From: Balanoglossus misakiensis
Taxonomy: Eukaryota > Animalia > Hemichordata
Direction of reading: 5' to 3'
Assembly (NCBI GenBank): GCA_040954595.2
Contig: CM082580.2
Location: 1,168,783-1,232,782 of the forward strand
DNA: 64,000 nt
Shown here: positions 1 to 13,770 of the stretch, one piece after another
Numbering within the stretch: the stretch's first letter is position 1
Layout of the letters: each line of letters opens with the position of its first letter
Position numbers and translations under genes: made by a program
The notes under the pieces: model-generated
Seen by the model: only the letters and a program-made list of their open reading frames with translations
What the model was told of the DNA's origin: nothing
The model's database searches: none

Positions 1-3000
1 TTTAGATTTCGCAAAGTCGACAATTTGTCATTTTTTTGATGATTTTCACCATGATTTTTTTTTAAAAAATGACGAAATTTTGAGATTTTGCAAAGACGAA
101 AATTTGTCATTTTTTGATGATTTTCACCCATGATTTTTTTTCAAAAATGTACGAAATTTTGAGATTTTGCAAAGTCGAAAATTTGTAATTTTTTGATGAT
201 TTTCACCAATGTTTTTTTTTAAAAATCAACGAACCAATGATTTTTTTCAAAAATTGACACCAATGTTTTTTTTTAAAAATCAACGAACTCATGATTTTTT
301 TAAAAAATTGACATTTTGAGATTTTGCAAAGTCGAAAATTTGTCATTTTTTGATGATTTTCACCATGATTGTTTTTTTCAAAAATCGACAAAATTTTTAG
401 ATTTTGCAAAGTCGAAAATTTGTAATTTTTTGATGATTTTTACCCATGATTTTTTTTTCCAAAAATCGACGAAATTTTGAGATTTTGCAAAGACGAAAAT
501 TTGTAATTTTTTGATGATTTTCACCCATGACTTTTTTTCAAAAATTTACGAAATTTTGAGATTTTGCAAAGTCGAAAATTTGTCATTTTTTGATGATTTT
601 TTCCCATGATTTTGTTTTTCAAAAATCGACCAAATTTTGGGATTTTGCAAAGACGAAAATTTGTCATTTTTTGATGATTTTCACCCATGATTTTTTTCAA
701 AAATCGACGAACCCATGATTTTTTTTTCCAAAATCTACGAAATTTTGAGATTTTGCAAAGTCGAAAATTTGTAATTTTTTGATGATTTTCACCCATGTTT
801 TGTTTTCCAAAATCGACGAAATTTTGAGATTTTGCAAATTCGAAAATTTGTAATTTTTTGATGATTTTCACCCATGTTTTTTTTCAAAAATCAACGAACC
901 CATGATTTTTTTTCAAAAATCGACAAAATTTTGAGATTTTGCAAAGTCGAAAATTTGTCATTTTTTGATGATTTTCACCCATGATTTTTCTCAAAAATCG
1001 ACGAAATTTTGAGATTTTGCAAAGTCGAAAATTTGTAATTTTTTGATGATTTTCACCCATGATTTTTTTTCAAAAATCGACGAAATTTTGAGATTTTGCA
1101 AAGTCGAAAATTTGTCATTTATTAATGATTTTCACCCATGATTTTTTTTCAAAAATCGACAAAATTTTGAGATTTTGCAAAGTCGAAAATTTATAATTTT
1201 TTGATGATTTTCACCCATGTTTTTTTTCAAAATTGAACGAACCCATGATTTTTTTCAAAAATCGACGAAATTTTGAGATTTTGCAAAGTCGAAAATTTGT
1301 CATTTTTTGATGATTTTCACCCATGATTTTTTTCAAAAATCGACAAAATTTTTAGATTTTGCAAAGTCGAAAATTTGTAATTTTTTGATGATTTTTACCC
1401 ATGATTTTTTTTTTCAAAAATCGACGAAATTTTGAGATTTTGCAAAGACGAAAATTTGTAATTTTTTGATGATTTTCACCCAAGACTTTTTTTCAAAAAT
1501 TTACGAAATTTTGAGATTTTGCAAAGTCGAAAATTTGTCATTTTTTGATGATTTTCACCCATGTTTTTTTTTCAAAAATCGACGAAATTTTGAGATTTTG
1601 CAAATTCGAAAATTTGTAATTTTTTGATGATTTTCACCCATGTTTTTTTTTCAAAAATCAACGAACCCATGATTTTTTTTCAAAAATCTACGAAATTTTG
1701 AGATTTTGCAAAGTCGAAAATTTGTCATTTTTTGATGATTTTCACCCATGATTTTTTTCAAAAATCGACAAAATTTTTAGATTTTGCAAAGTCGAAAATT
1801 TGTATTTTTTTGATGATTTTTACCCATGATTTTTTTTTTCAAAAATCGACGAAATTTTGAGATTTTGCAAAGACGAAAATTTGTAATTTTTTGATGATTT
1901 TCACCCATGTTTTTTTTTCAAAAATCAACGAACCCATGATTTTTTTTCAAAAATCGACAATATTCTGAGATTTTGCAAAGTTGAACATTTGTCATTTGTT
2001 GATGATTTTCACCCATGTTTTTTTTTTCAAAAATGGACGAACCCATGTTTTTTTTTTTCAAAAATCGACGAATTTTTGAAAATTTTGTTAAGTCGAAAAT
2101 TTGTAATTTTTTTGATGATTTCCCCCCCCCCACGATTTTTTTTTCAAAAATCGACGAAATTTTGAGATTTTGCAAAGTTGAACATTTGTCATTTGTTGAT
2201 GATTTTCACCCATGTTTTTTTTTTCAAAAATGGACGAACCCATGTTTTTTTTTTAAAATCGACGAATTTTTCAAAATTTTGCAAAGTCGAAAATTTGTCA
2301 TTTTTTTGATGATTTCCCCCCCCCCCCACGATTTTTTTTTCAAAAATTGACGAAATTTTGAGATTTTGCAAAGTCGAAAATTTGTCATTTTTTGATGATT
2401 TTTACCCATGATTTTTTTTCAAAAATTGACGAAATTTTAAGATTTTGCTGTCGAAAATCTGTCTTTTTTTGACGATTTTACCCATGATTTTTTTCAGAAA
2501 TCGACGAAATTTTGAGATTTTGCAAAGTCGAAACTTTGTCTTTTTTGATGATTTTCACTCATTATTTTTTTCAAAAATCGACGAAATTTTCAGTTTTTGC
2601 AAAGTCGAAAATTTGTCATTTTTTGAAGATTTTCACCCATGTTTTTTTTCAAAAATCGACGAACCCATGATTTTTTTCAAAATCGACGAAATTTTGAGAT
2701 TTTGCAAAGTCGAAAATTTGTCATTTGTTGATGATTTTCATCAGCTATAACCCATTTTTTTTTCAAAAATCGACGAATTTTTGAAAATTTTGCAAAGTCG
2801 AAAATTTGTCATTTTTTGATGATTTTCACCCATGATTTTTTTCAAAAATCGACGAAATTTTGAGATTTTGCAAAGTCGAACATTTTTCATTTATTGATGA
2901 TTTTTACCCATGATTTTTTTTCAAAAATTGACGAAATTTTAAGATTGTGCAGTCGAAAATTTGTCATTTTTTGATGATTTTCACCCATTTTTTTTCAAAA

Positions 3001-3708
3001 ATCGACGAAATTTTGAGTTTTTGCAAAGTCGAAAATTTGTCATTTTTTGAAGATTTTCACCCATGTTTTTTTTTTAAAATCGACGGACTTTTGAGATTTT
3101 GCAAAGTCGAAAATTTGTCATTTTTTGATGATTTTCACCCATGTTTTTTTTTCGACGAACCCATGTTTTTTTTTCCAAAATCGACGATATTTTGAGATTT
3201 TGCAAAGTCGAAAATTTGTCATTTTTTTATGATTTCCCCCCCCCACGATTTTTTTTTTCAAAAATCGACGAAAATCTCGAAGTTCTTGCAAAGTCGAAAA
3301 TTTGTCATTTTTTGATGATTTTCACCCATGATTTTTTTTAAAAATCGACGAACCCATACTTTTTTCAAAATCGACAAAATTTTGAGATTTTGCAGTCGAA
3401 AATTTGTCATTTTTCGATGATTTTCATCCATGTTTTTTTTCAAAAATCGACGAAATTTTGAGATTTTGCAAAGTCGAAAATTTGTCATTTTTTGATGATT
3501 TTCACCCATGATTTTTCTCAAAAATCGACGAAATTTAGAGATTTTGCTAAGTCGAAAATTTGTCATTTTTTGATGATTTTCACCCATGATTTTTTTTTTT
3601 CAAAAATCGACAAAATTCCCATTTTTTGAAGATTTTCTCCCATGTTTTTTTTCAAAAATCGACGAACCCATGATTTTTTTTCAAAATCGACGAAATTTTG
3701 AGATTTTG
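1..3708 (+). repeat. Satellite 1, ~78-80 bp monomer with an optional ~27-bp subunit (T-rich orientation)
   Basis: Tandem gattttgcaaagtcgaaaatttgtcattttttgatgattttcacccatgatttttttcaaaaatcgacgaaattttga. The motif gcaaagtcga recurs at 941, 1019 and 1098. An extra unit aaaaatcgacgaacccatgattttt is interspersed. Confidence 0.97.
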
Positions 3709-4642
3709 CAAAATCTCAATATTTCGTCGATTTTGAAAAAAATCATGGGTTCTTGCAAAATCTCAAAATTTCGTCGATTTTGAAAAAAATCATGGGTTCG
3801 TTGAATTTTGAAAAAAAAAACATGGATGAAAATCATCAAAAAATGACAAATTTTCGACTTTGCAAAATCTCAAAATTTCGTCGATTTTGGAAAAAAATCA
3901 TGGGTTCGTCGATTTTTGCAAAAAATCATGGGTGAAAATCATCAAAAAATGACAAATTTTCGACTTTGCAAAATCTCAAAATTTCGTCCAATTTGAAAAA
4001 AATCATGGGTTCTTGCAAAATCTCAAAATTTCGTCGATTTTGAAAACAATCATGGGTTCGTTGAATTGTGAAAAAAAACATGGATGAAAATCATCAAAAA
4101 ATGACAAATTTTCGACTTTGCAAAATCTCAAAATTTCGTCGATTTTGAAAAAAAATTATGGGTTCGTCGATTTTTGAAAAAAAAAAATGGGTGAAAATCA
4201 TCAAAATGACCAATGTTCGACTTTGCAAATCTCAAAATTTCGTCGATTTTTGAAATTAAAAAATCATGGGCTATAGCTCATGAAAATCATCAACAAATGT
4301 CAAATTTTCAACTTTGCGAAATCTCAAAATATCGTCGATTTTTGAAAAAAAAACATGGGTTCGTCGATTTTGAAAAAAAAATCATGGGCTATAGCTCATG
4401 AAAATCATCAACAAATGTCAAATTTTCAACTTTGCGAAATCTCAAAATTTCGTCGATTTTGAAAAAAATTATGGGTTCGTCGATTTTTGAAAAAAATCAT
4501 GGGTGAAAATCATCAAAAAATGACAAATTTTCGACTGCAAAATCTCAAAATTTCGTCGATTTCGAAAAAAATCATGGGTTCGTCGATTTTTGAAAAAAAA
4601 AAACATGGGTGAAAATCATCAAAAAATTACAAATTTTCGACT
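3709..4642 (-). repeat. Satellite 1, inverted orientation
   Basis: Reverse complement of the same monomer (ttgcaaaatctcaaaatttcgtcgatttttgaaaaaaatcatgggtgaaaatcatcaaaaaatgacaaattttcgact). Confidence 0.97.
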
Positions 4643-4645
4643 TAG

Positions 4646-5500
4646 TGTGGTATGATGTGTATTCCCGTAGGATTTTTGTGCTAAAATTGATTTTTTGTGC
4701 TGTTTTGGCTTCTACGGGGACCCAACTACCCGAAAATGATGGGGTGCAATTTTAAGGGCCCCTCCATCATATTTTTCTGGGGGGGGGGTACTTCCGTTTT
4801 GTGGTATGATGTGTATTCCCGTAGGATTTTTCTGCTAAAATTGATTTTTTTTGCTGTTTGGCTTCAATGGGGACCCAACTACCCAAAAATCATGGGGTGC
4901 AATTTTTAGGGCCCCTCCATCAATTTTTTTCGGGGGGTCTCTTCTGTTTTGGTCACTCGAGGATATTTGTTCACCTATTTACTCTATCATCATGGGAATT
5001 TGGGCTACAATTAATTTGTTTTTGTTGTGTTTGCTTTGGAGGAGACCAACCTGGCCAAAAATAATCGGGTGCAAATTATAGGGCCCCTCCATCATTTTTT
5101 ATTTGGGGGGGGGGGCACTTCCATTTTGGCCACTCCGAAGTTGTTTGTTGGCCTATTTACTCCCTTCTCATAGAATATTTTGCTAAAAATATTATTTTTC
5201 TTTGATGTTTTGGTTTCAATGGGGCTCCACCAGAACTAAAATGATGGGGTTCAAATTTTTGGAACCTTCCATCATGTCTTGGGGGGGGGGGGTAATCATT
5301 TCTGTTTTGGCCACCCTGAAGATACTTATTCACCTATTTACTATACGGTTAGTATTGTCGTGGTATTTCTTGCAATTTGGTTTGCTCCTTTGGCTTGAAT
5401 GCAGACTGACTGCCGAAAAGTGATGGTGTGCAAAATGTTGGACCCCTTTACCACATTTTTTGGTGGGGGGGGGGGGTTCTCTATATTTGTTTTCGCCAAC
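4646..5500 (+). repeat. Left subterminal ~155-bp tandem units of the Academ element
   Basis: gtggtatgatgtgtattcccgtagg recurs at about 4647 and 4801, with progressively more diverged units inward, each ending in a G-run. Confidence 0.85.
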
Positions 5501-5821
5501 CCGTTGTAACAGTAGTTTTTTTTTATCTTAGATTTTTTCGTTTATTCTAAATTTAGTATACTAAGGTAAATTAAAACTCCTTTATATATAATAAAGTACA
5601 TAATGTGTATTTTAGTTTATTTTCCGAGCTACAGTCCCATCTCATAAAATGGACCCTTGAGGCACCCTCCCTACCACGGACGGTGCAATAAACAACCCAA
5701 GAAGCATAACGATTCTTTTCTGATATCTTGGTATTCTCAATCATCATTTTCACGAAACCCAGTTCTGTTTGATCTACTCATCGCCAGTGTCGTTATCTTC
5801 AAGAACATTTCCCCCTGGTTT

Positions 5822-6055
5822 TCAGTCTCCACCATAGCATTTGCAGAGGGGAGTACATAGTAAATCATTCTTTGAGCAACTGCAACGTCCCCTACAACCT
5901 GCTTTGCAGCCACATTTGATAAGCTCTAGTACTGCCTTTGGTGCAGGGAGAGCAAGACATTTTACTGGATAAAACACGCCATTCTCCGATTTCCACCCAT
6001 TCTTTTTGATTGGGGGAAGTTCAGGACAATTTGTTGCGTATGATTTATCTCTCAT
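5822..6055 (-). pseudogene. Academ transposase C-terminal fragment (Cys8/CXC-like zinc finger)
   Basis: PPIKKNGW...PAPKAVLELIKCGCKAGCRGRCSCSKNDLLCTPLCKC matches the P..GW...P.AP...CxCK..C..RCxC.K..L.CT.LCxC tail I recognise from Academ transposases. The rest of the gene is absent. Confidence 0.8.
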
Positions 6056-6979
6056 TGTGATGAAGGGGTGGCACCCTTTTCACAGATCACGCAAATCTTA
6101 TTTTTATCTACATATTAATTCTGTAGTTTATTGCAAAATGTCCTAATAGCTATCGAACTGGAACGTAAAACGCTGCTTACGGTGCTAAGAAAATAGCCAA
6201 TATGTATTTAGTAATAAAACTGAGATGTAGTTCACAGACTTGTTTTATTTTCAGTAGTATTGAGCTACAAAATGAGCCAAATTTGATATTGTTAATGTTT
6301 ACCAAAACAAGTTTTAGAAGTAAGACATAGTTCAAGGGCTTTTTACAGCACTATTTTGCTATTGGCATGAAAATTTTGAAAATACTACTTTAAAATAGAC
6401 AATACTTCAACTGATATGGCTTTATTTACGACAGTATTTAACTTTGAAATGAGTTCAACTGAATATCGTTTTAATACCCCAAAAAACAAGTGTTGATTAA
6501 AACGTACTTCAGAGTTTATGCACAGACTTATATCGATGAGAATTTTAGTACAATGGTAAATATCTCAGACATTGATTGTGCTACGAAAGAATAAACAACT
6601 CTTAACGAAAAAGTTACCAGAATCATATGCATATGATTCTGGTAACTCACGGCCCCTCGGGTGTAATAAACGGCTGCTATGGCCCTCATGGCCAGGCAAT
6701 AGGTGTTCACTATTTGGTATAGCCTAGTATACTATATTTTTGTAAACCATAGAAAACATGAGTGTGGTGATGAGTTGGGTGGCGGTCCAAGGTGAGGGGA
6801 GGTATATTATGCTAAGTCCAAACCAGAGAGATATTTGTGGTTGATTTGTTAGTGTCAAAATTCAACTAAGTATATTTATAAAAATAAGATAGCGCTGTAG
6901 TATATATGACAACTGATACAAATGTAGGTAACTGATATGTTTACCCATAAACCGTCTAATATTTAAGATTCCCAATATG

Positions 6980-7751
6980 TGGAGAGGCCCTAAAATTTGA
7001 CCTCATTTTTGAGCAGTTAGGTCCCCATAGAAGTTAAAAAAAAAGAAATTGGAAGAAATCCTTTACAAATACACATGTCACACTATGAACAAATATCTCC
7101 AGGGCTGCTAAAACTAAAGTGACCCCCCCCCCCCTGCAAGAAAATGTGATGGAGGGGTCCAACAAATTGATTTCCATCATTTTGGGGATGTTTATTCATC
7201 ATTGAAACCAAAACAGCAAACAAAACAAATAACTATTAGCAAAAACTCCTACGAGAATACACGGTATAGGTGAACAAATACCGTTAAGATTGTCGGAATG
7301 TAAGTGCCCCCCCCCCACAAATGTAATAGAGGGGCCCTAAAATTTGCATGTGATCTTTTGTGACCAGGTGTCAAAACAGCAAAAAAAAAATTCTTTAGCA
7401 GAAAATTCTACGAAAATGGAGTAGATAGGTGAATAAATATCTTCGGGGAGGCCAAAACAGGAGTGACGACCCCCCCCCCGAAAAAATATGATGGAGGGGC
7501 CCTAAAAATTGCACCCCATCATTTTCGGGTAGTTGGGTCCCCATAGAAGCCAAAACAGCAAAAAAATCAATTTTAGCACAAAAATCCTACGGGAATACAC
7601 ATCATACCACAAAACGGAAGTACCCCCCCCCCCCCGAGAAAAATATGATGGAGGGGCCCTTAAAATTTCACCCCATCATTTTCGGGTAGTTGGGTCCCAA
7701 TAGAAGCCAAAACAGCAAAAAAATCAATTTTAGCACAACAATCCTACGGGA
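6980..7751 (-). repeat. Right subterminal ~155-bp tandem units (inverted relative to the left set)
   Basis: aatcctacgggaatacacatcataccacaaaacggaagtacccc (7583-7625) is the reverse complement of 4786-4828. Confidence 0.85.
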
Positions 7752-7782
7752 GCTGTTTTTCATGACATACCATACCGCACTA

Positions 7783-10560
7783 ACTGCAAAATCTCAAAAT
7801 TTGGTCGATTTTTGAAAAAAATCATGGTGAAAATCATCAAAAAATGACAAATTTTTGATTTTGCAAAATCTCAAAATTTCGTCGATTTTGAAAAAAATTA
7901 TGGGTTCGTCGATTTTTGAAAAAAAACATGGGTGAATTTTCGACTTTGCAAAATCTCAAAATTTCATCGATTTTGAAAAAAATCATGGGTTCGTTGATTT
8001 TTTAAAAAAACATGGGTGAATTTTCGACTTTGCAAAATCTCAAAATTTCGTCGATTTGGAAAAAAAATCATGGGTTCGTTGATTTTTAAAAAAAAACATG
8101 GGTGAAAATCATCAAAAAATGAAAAATTTTCGACTTTGCAAAACCTCAAAATTTCGTCGATTTTGAAAAAAATCATGGGTTCGTCGATTTTTGTAAAAAA
8201 ATCATGGGTGAAAATCATCAAAAAATGACAAATTTTCGATTTTCCAAATCTCAAAAGTTCGCCGATTTTGAAAAAAAATCATGGGTTCGTCGATTGTTTA
8301 AAAAAAACATGGGTGAAAATCAACAAAATGACAAATTTTCGACTGCAAAATCTCAAAATTTCGTCGATTTTTGAAAAAAAAATCATTGGCTGTAGCTCAT
8401 GAAAATCATCAAAAAATGTCAAATTTTCAACTTTGCGAAATCTCAAAATATCGTCGATTTTTGAAAAAAAACCATGGGTTCGTCGATTTTTGAAAAAAAA
8501 CATGGGTGAAAATCATCAAAAAATGACAAATTTTCGACTTTGCAAAATGTCAAAATTTCGTCGATTTTGAAAAAAATTATGGGTTCGTCGATTTTTGAAA
8601 AAAATCATGGGTGAAAATCTTCAAAAAATGACAAATTTTCGACTGCAAAATCTCAAAATTTCGTCGATTTTCGAAAAAAAATAATGGGTGAAAATCATCA
8701 AAAAAATGACAAATTTTTGATTTTGCAAAATCTCAAAATTTCGTCGATTTTGAAAAAAATCACGGGTTCGTCGATTTTTTAAAAAAACATGAGTGAAAAC
8801 CATCAAAAAATGACAAATTTAAGACTGCAAAATCTTAAAATTTCGTCGACTTTTGAAAAAAAGCATGGGTTCGTTGATTTTTTAAAAAAACATGGGTGAA
8901 AATCATCAAAAATTTACAAATTTTCGACTGCAAAATCTCAAAATTTCGTCGATTTTTGAAAAAAAAATCATGGGTGAAAATCCTCAAAAAAACGACAAAT
9001 TTTTGATTTTGCAAAATTTCAAAATTTCGTCGATTTTGAAAAAAAATCATGGGTTCGTTGATTTTTTAAAAAAACATGGGTGAAAATCATCAAAAAATGA
9101 AAAATTTTCGACTTTGCAAAATCTCAAAATTTCGTCGATTTTGAAAAAAATTATGGGTTCGTCGATTTTTGAAAAAAAATCATGGGTGAAAATCATCAAA
9201 AAATGACAAATTTTCGATTTTGCAAAATCTCAAAAGTTCGTCGATTTTGAAAAAAAATCATGGGTTCGTCGATTGTTTAAAAAAAACATGGGTGAAAATC
9301 AACAAAATGACAAATTTTCGACTGCAAAATCTCAAAATTTCGTCGATTTTTGAAAAAAAAATCATAGGCTATAGCTCATGAAAATCATCAACAAATGTCA
9401 AATTTTCAACTTTGCGAAATCTCAAAATATCGTCGATTTTTGAAAAAAAAAACATGGGTGAAAATCATCAAAAAATGACAAATTTTCGACTTTGCAAAAT
9501 CTCAAAATTTCGTCGATTTTGAAAAAAAATATGGGTTCGTCGATTTTTGAAAAAAATCATGGGTGAAAATCATCAAAAAATGACAAATTTTCGACTGCAA
9601 ATCTCAAAATTTCGTCGATTTTTGAAAAAAAATCATGGGTGAAAATCATCAAAAAAATGACAAATTTTTGATTTTGCAAAATCTCAAAAATCACGGGTTC
9701 GTCGATTTTGAAAAAAATCACGGGTTCGTCGATTTTTTAAAAAAACATGGGTGAAAACCATCAAAAAATGACAAATTTTCGACTGCAAAATCTCAAAATT
9801 TCGTCGATTTTTGAAAAAAAACATGCGTTCGTCGATTTCTGAAAAAAAAAATTTTTGATTTTGCAAAATCTCAAAAATCACGGGTTCGTCGATTTTGAAA
9901 AAAATCACGGGTTCGTCGATTTTTTAAAAAAACATGGGTGAAAACCATCAAAAAATGACAAATTTTCGACTGCAAAATCTCAAAATTTCGTCGATTTTTG
10001 AAAAAAAACATGCGTTCGTCGATTTCTGAAAAAAAAAACATGGGTGAAAATCATCAAAAAATGACAAATTTTTGATTTTGCAAAATCTCAAAATTTCGTC
10101 GATTTTGAAAAAAAATCACGGGTTCGTCGATTTTTTAAAAAAACATGGGTGAAAACCATCAAAAAATGACAAATTTAAGACTGCAAAATCTCAAAATTTC
10201 GTCGACTTTTGAAAAAAAACATGGGTTCGTCGATTTTTGAAAAAAAACATGGGTGAAAATCATCAAAAAATGAAACATTTTAGACTGCAAAATCTCAAAA
10301 TTTCGTCGATTTTGAAAAAAATTATGGGTTCGTCGATTTTTAAAAAAAATCATGGGTGAAAATCATAAAAAAATGACAAATTTTCGAGTTTGCAAAATCT
10401 CAAAATTTCGTAGATTTTTGAAAAAAATCATGGGTGAAAATCATCAAAAAATGAAAAATTTTCGACTTTGCATAATCTCAAAATTTCGTCGATTTTGAAA
10501 AAAATCATTGGTTCGTCGATTTTTGAAAAAAAAAACATCGGTGAAAATCACCAAAAAAAA
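7783..10560 (-). repeat. Satellite 1, inverted orientation (continuation)
   Basis: Same monomer resumes in register after the TSD and ends near 10560. Confidence 0.97.
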
Positions 10561-11545
10561 ATAGGTATTTGACTCAGAGTAAACAAGATTGTGTAATTGA
10601 TACATGTCAGAACGAGATAGAGATATCACGCGCTAAGTTCATGTTTAAGAAATATTAAGATGACGTGTTCCTTTTATGACATAATACTTGACTAACGTAT
10701 TAATAAGAGGTGGTGAAATTTGATATCACATTATTATCACCGGAGATCCGTGACGGGAGTCAACGAGCATGGATAGAGTCGTGTAATTCTTACGTGTGAC
10801 CAGTAATAAACCACAACTATTTGTGTTACTCGGAAAACTTGTTGAAAGTCTCGTTATGCCTCTCGTTAAGTTTACGATATGCCGGGTACCTCTCTCTGAC
10901 TCTATGAATATGTTGGGTGGAGAAGGAGAGGGAGAGAATTTACACTCTCACCCTTCGGACGTGGCTGATTCCCCAAAGAAGCCCCGATGAGGTAAACGTC
11001 CGAAGGATGGCGGGCGTAACAAAACTACAGTGTTCGCAACATGACCTCAGGTCCGCCGCAGGTTTTGCATGTTACAGCAGAAAACGTCTCCGTCAGACCA
11101 CTAAAAGTAATACCTTTAGGACATAAATTATTTATCTTGAAAGATATTGCTGTATGCAAATTTCATCTCCGGATTGCTATCGGCGAAACATACCGAGGCT
11201 GTCGTCGCTATAGTTGGGACCGACAGTCGAGACCCACATTGTATTGTAAGGAAAGTTTTAGACGCAACTTAATCAAAGCAGGTATAGTTAGCAGAGCAGA
11301 TTAAGTTAGCAGAGGAGTGTCGGTATCGTCCACCGTAAACAGGTGTATTCCTATCGGATTTCAAGCGACAGTCAATTCCACTGGTCATCGATGTTTTTCT
11401 CCAAGGTGTTTGAAATACGTCTGTTCGATAGAGTCGTTGTTCCAAAATATGCACGGATGCACGGAATGCGACCACATCTGGTTGTTGACAACAAACTAAG
11501 GTAGATTATGACTATAATCCCAACTGTCTCCTGTGTGACACACTC

Positions 11546-13513
11546 CTGTTGTGATTATTGCTGGAATAGGCAATGTTTTAATCTGCCTGCAAAGACTCGT
11601 GTGACAAAGATTGTCGGCCAGTCAACATCACCAACGATATTAACAATATAAAATAAATAAAATTTCAACGATTCAACTTCTTTTCTAGCTTCCTATCTGG
11701 ATAGTTTGTTTTTTTTACTCTAAAGATCGCCTTTCTTCCAGGCCACGTGGCAAGAGACGTTATCAACTTCTACTATGATCGATGCGAGAGTACTATAGTA
11801 TTCTCATATACACAGACAAAGGCCACCAAAATAAGAGAATCATTTGGTCAAATGGTAGAGGGCGCAAAAACAGATATTTCAAATGACAAAATTTTCCGAT
11901 AAACGTGTTTAATCAAATCAAACTGTGCTCAATGGTATGCTTGCAAAAATTGAATACAAATGAAACAAAACACAGCAACTGCCATGAACAAGAAGTTTAT
12001 TCATGTCAAAATTCAATTTTTTTGAATCATTGATTTCAATTATCAGCTGAAAACTAAAATTAGATTGTCATCTTGAACAGTATAAAATCAGCGAGCCATT
12101 AGACATTAAGTACCCAGCATACTAAAATAAAACCATGTAAACATGCACAATTAGATAATCAAATAATTTTTATTTATTCACCATGATGTTTTTAATGTAT
12201 GTCAAGTCAAAGTACTTGAAGTTATGGACGATCAATTAAAATAGAAAACTGTAATTTTAATGGCTGGGTAATGTATCCAATTTCTGCCCAATATATGAAA
12301 TTTCCGAGTTAGCAACTGAAGAATTCGTGGGGAAAATAGTTACGTGATGTGTAACAGAATTCACTTGGAAGTAAGGAGTTTTTGTAAAATCAACATGCAT
12401 ATTACAATTTATTTGTAAAAACTTGATTGGCAATGGAAAATTGGCGTTTAAATATATAGTACTTCAAGATGAACAGATAAAATATAAGTTATTACAGATG
12501 TCATTTTACGACAACAAGGAATGGTAAATCGTTCTTTAATATCTTTAAAGATGCCAGGTCAAAGGTCACCTTTGCAAATTCAACCACTGGTACCATAGCC
12601 ATTTCAAATGTAGCCAAAAGTGCGCCACCACTTTCTTCAAACATACTGAAACCATCTACAGGTTACCGTAGTCATATATCTCTTGGCATCCATGGCAGTT
12701 TAGCTAGTCATGAGCTGGCAAGGGGTGACCTGTAAGCTTTAAACTCTGGCTTCGGTAATGTCGACTCTGGCTCTGGCATATACTTGCAGGTCCATATGAC
12801 CTTGGGGTGAACATGGTCATGAAGAAATAAATAGAATCTGTTTGGTGCATTGTCAACTTCATTTTATAGTTTCAAAAAATTACAATATGATGAGTAATAT
12901 TGTTGTTGTTTTCAAAGAGACTCACCACACACTTTAGTAAATCAATGACTTGAAAAAGTTTTGAGGACTATCATTTGTCAGAATCTCGGACCGCGAGGCA
13001 CATACTACCTTAAATAGTTTCACTCGCAGCTTCTTGTGGGCAGTTTCTCCTTGCGTACCTGTACAGACACACCAGGAGGCCGTTCCCGATGAACAACTCA
13101 ACCCACATGAAAACATTCAAGCGTCTGGTCACACCCATTTCCGTCAAACAAGAACATGAATGAAACTGCGGAGGAAGAGAACGGGAGAGTGCCCATTAAC
13201 CCTGTAATGACCAATTATTTACTGGAACAAGGTTCAGGATGTACGATCACTGGAGTTGAAAATAAGGTCATGGATTTGAAAATTATTTTGAGTTATGAAA
13301 TTGAAAATACATATTTTTCATTGTGGATTCTCCGACATAAATATTCTCAAAAACAATAAGGGTTGTCTTTTTAATTTATGACATATAACGCCATGAATCT
13401 AGCCCATTAATACAAAGGCAATACTAAAACACATTTAGGGTTAGCGTTATGACAACTTGAAGAAAGTATGAATACAAACTTTCTAAAGTAATATTTTAAA
13501 GGTTGGCGTATTG
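11546..13513 (+). repeat. ~1.97-kb direct duplication, copy 1 (copy 2 at 28346-30314)
   Basis: Both copies start ctgttgtgattattgctggaataggc and end ggttggcgtattg, are colinear at an offset of ~16800, and differ by scattered substitutions. Confidence 0.95.
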
Positions 13514-13627
13514 ATTACAGCTTGTTTGTTCTGCTATTAATGGAAATTCGGTTAGAGCCGTTTGAGGCAACTCTTATTCTGTCAAAGTTATGGCGTTAAC
13601 TTATTCTGATAAAGTTATGTTAACGCT

Positions 13628-13736
13628 AATCTGATTAAAATCAGATGTAGGGAACGGCGACGTGTTTTTTATGCTGTCGCAGCATCAAAAAACTACGTCG
13701 CCATTCCCTAGGCCTACATCTGATTTCAAACAGATT
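13628..13736. mobile_element. Short palindromic MITE-like element
   Basis: aatctgattaaaatcagatgtagggaacggcgacg ... cgtcgccattcccta...ctacatctgatttcaaacagatt; a second family member lies at 13998-14100. Confidence 0.6.
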
Positions 13737-13770
13737 GTGTTAACATCAGGAACACTTTACATACATAAAC

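Larger units (their letters stand above)
4643..7782 (-). mobile_element. Non-autonomous Academ (AcademX-type) DNA transposon inserted in satellite 1
   Basis: Termini TAGTGTGGTATG (4643) and CATACCGCACTA (7782). 3-bp TSD ACT (4640-4642 / 7783-7785); removing the element restores the satellite cgACTgcaaaatc. Long subterminal inverted arrays of a ~155-bp unit. Internal Cys-rich transposase C-terminal remnant. Confidence 0.85.

Noticed and set aside
4643-7782. CACTA call for the TAGTG...CACTA element
   Set aside because: The pentamers face the wrong way for CACTA; TAG termini and the Cys8 fragment indicate Academ.
1-10629. Numerous F/K-rich ORFs in satellite 1
   Set aside because: Translations of a tandem repeat, with variable homopolymer lengths breaking the frames; no coding signal.
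10952-11006. Hairpin ccttcggacg...cgtccgaagg with cgatgag/cgaa, resembling a hammerhead ribozyme
   Set aside because: The core CTGATGA and GAAA boxes are not intact and I could not build the three stems.
12500-13230. Possible two-exon gene relic on the minus strand in the 2-kb duplication (GT-AG intron 12925-12838)
   Set aside because: In-frame stops in both copies and at the splice junction; no recognisable protein family.
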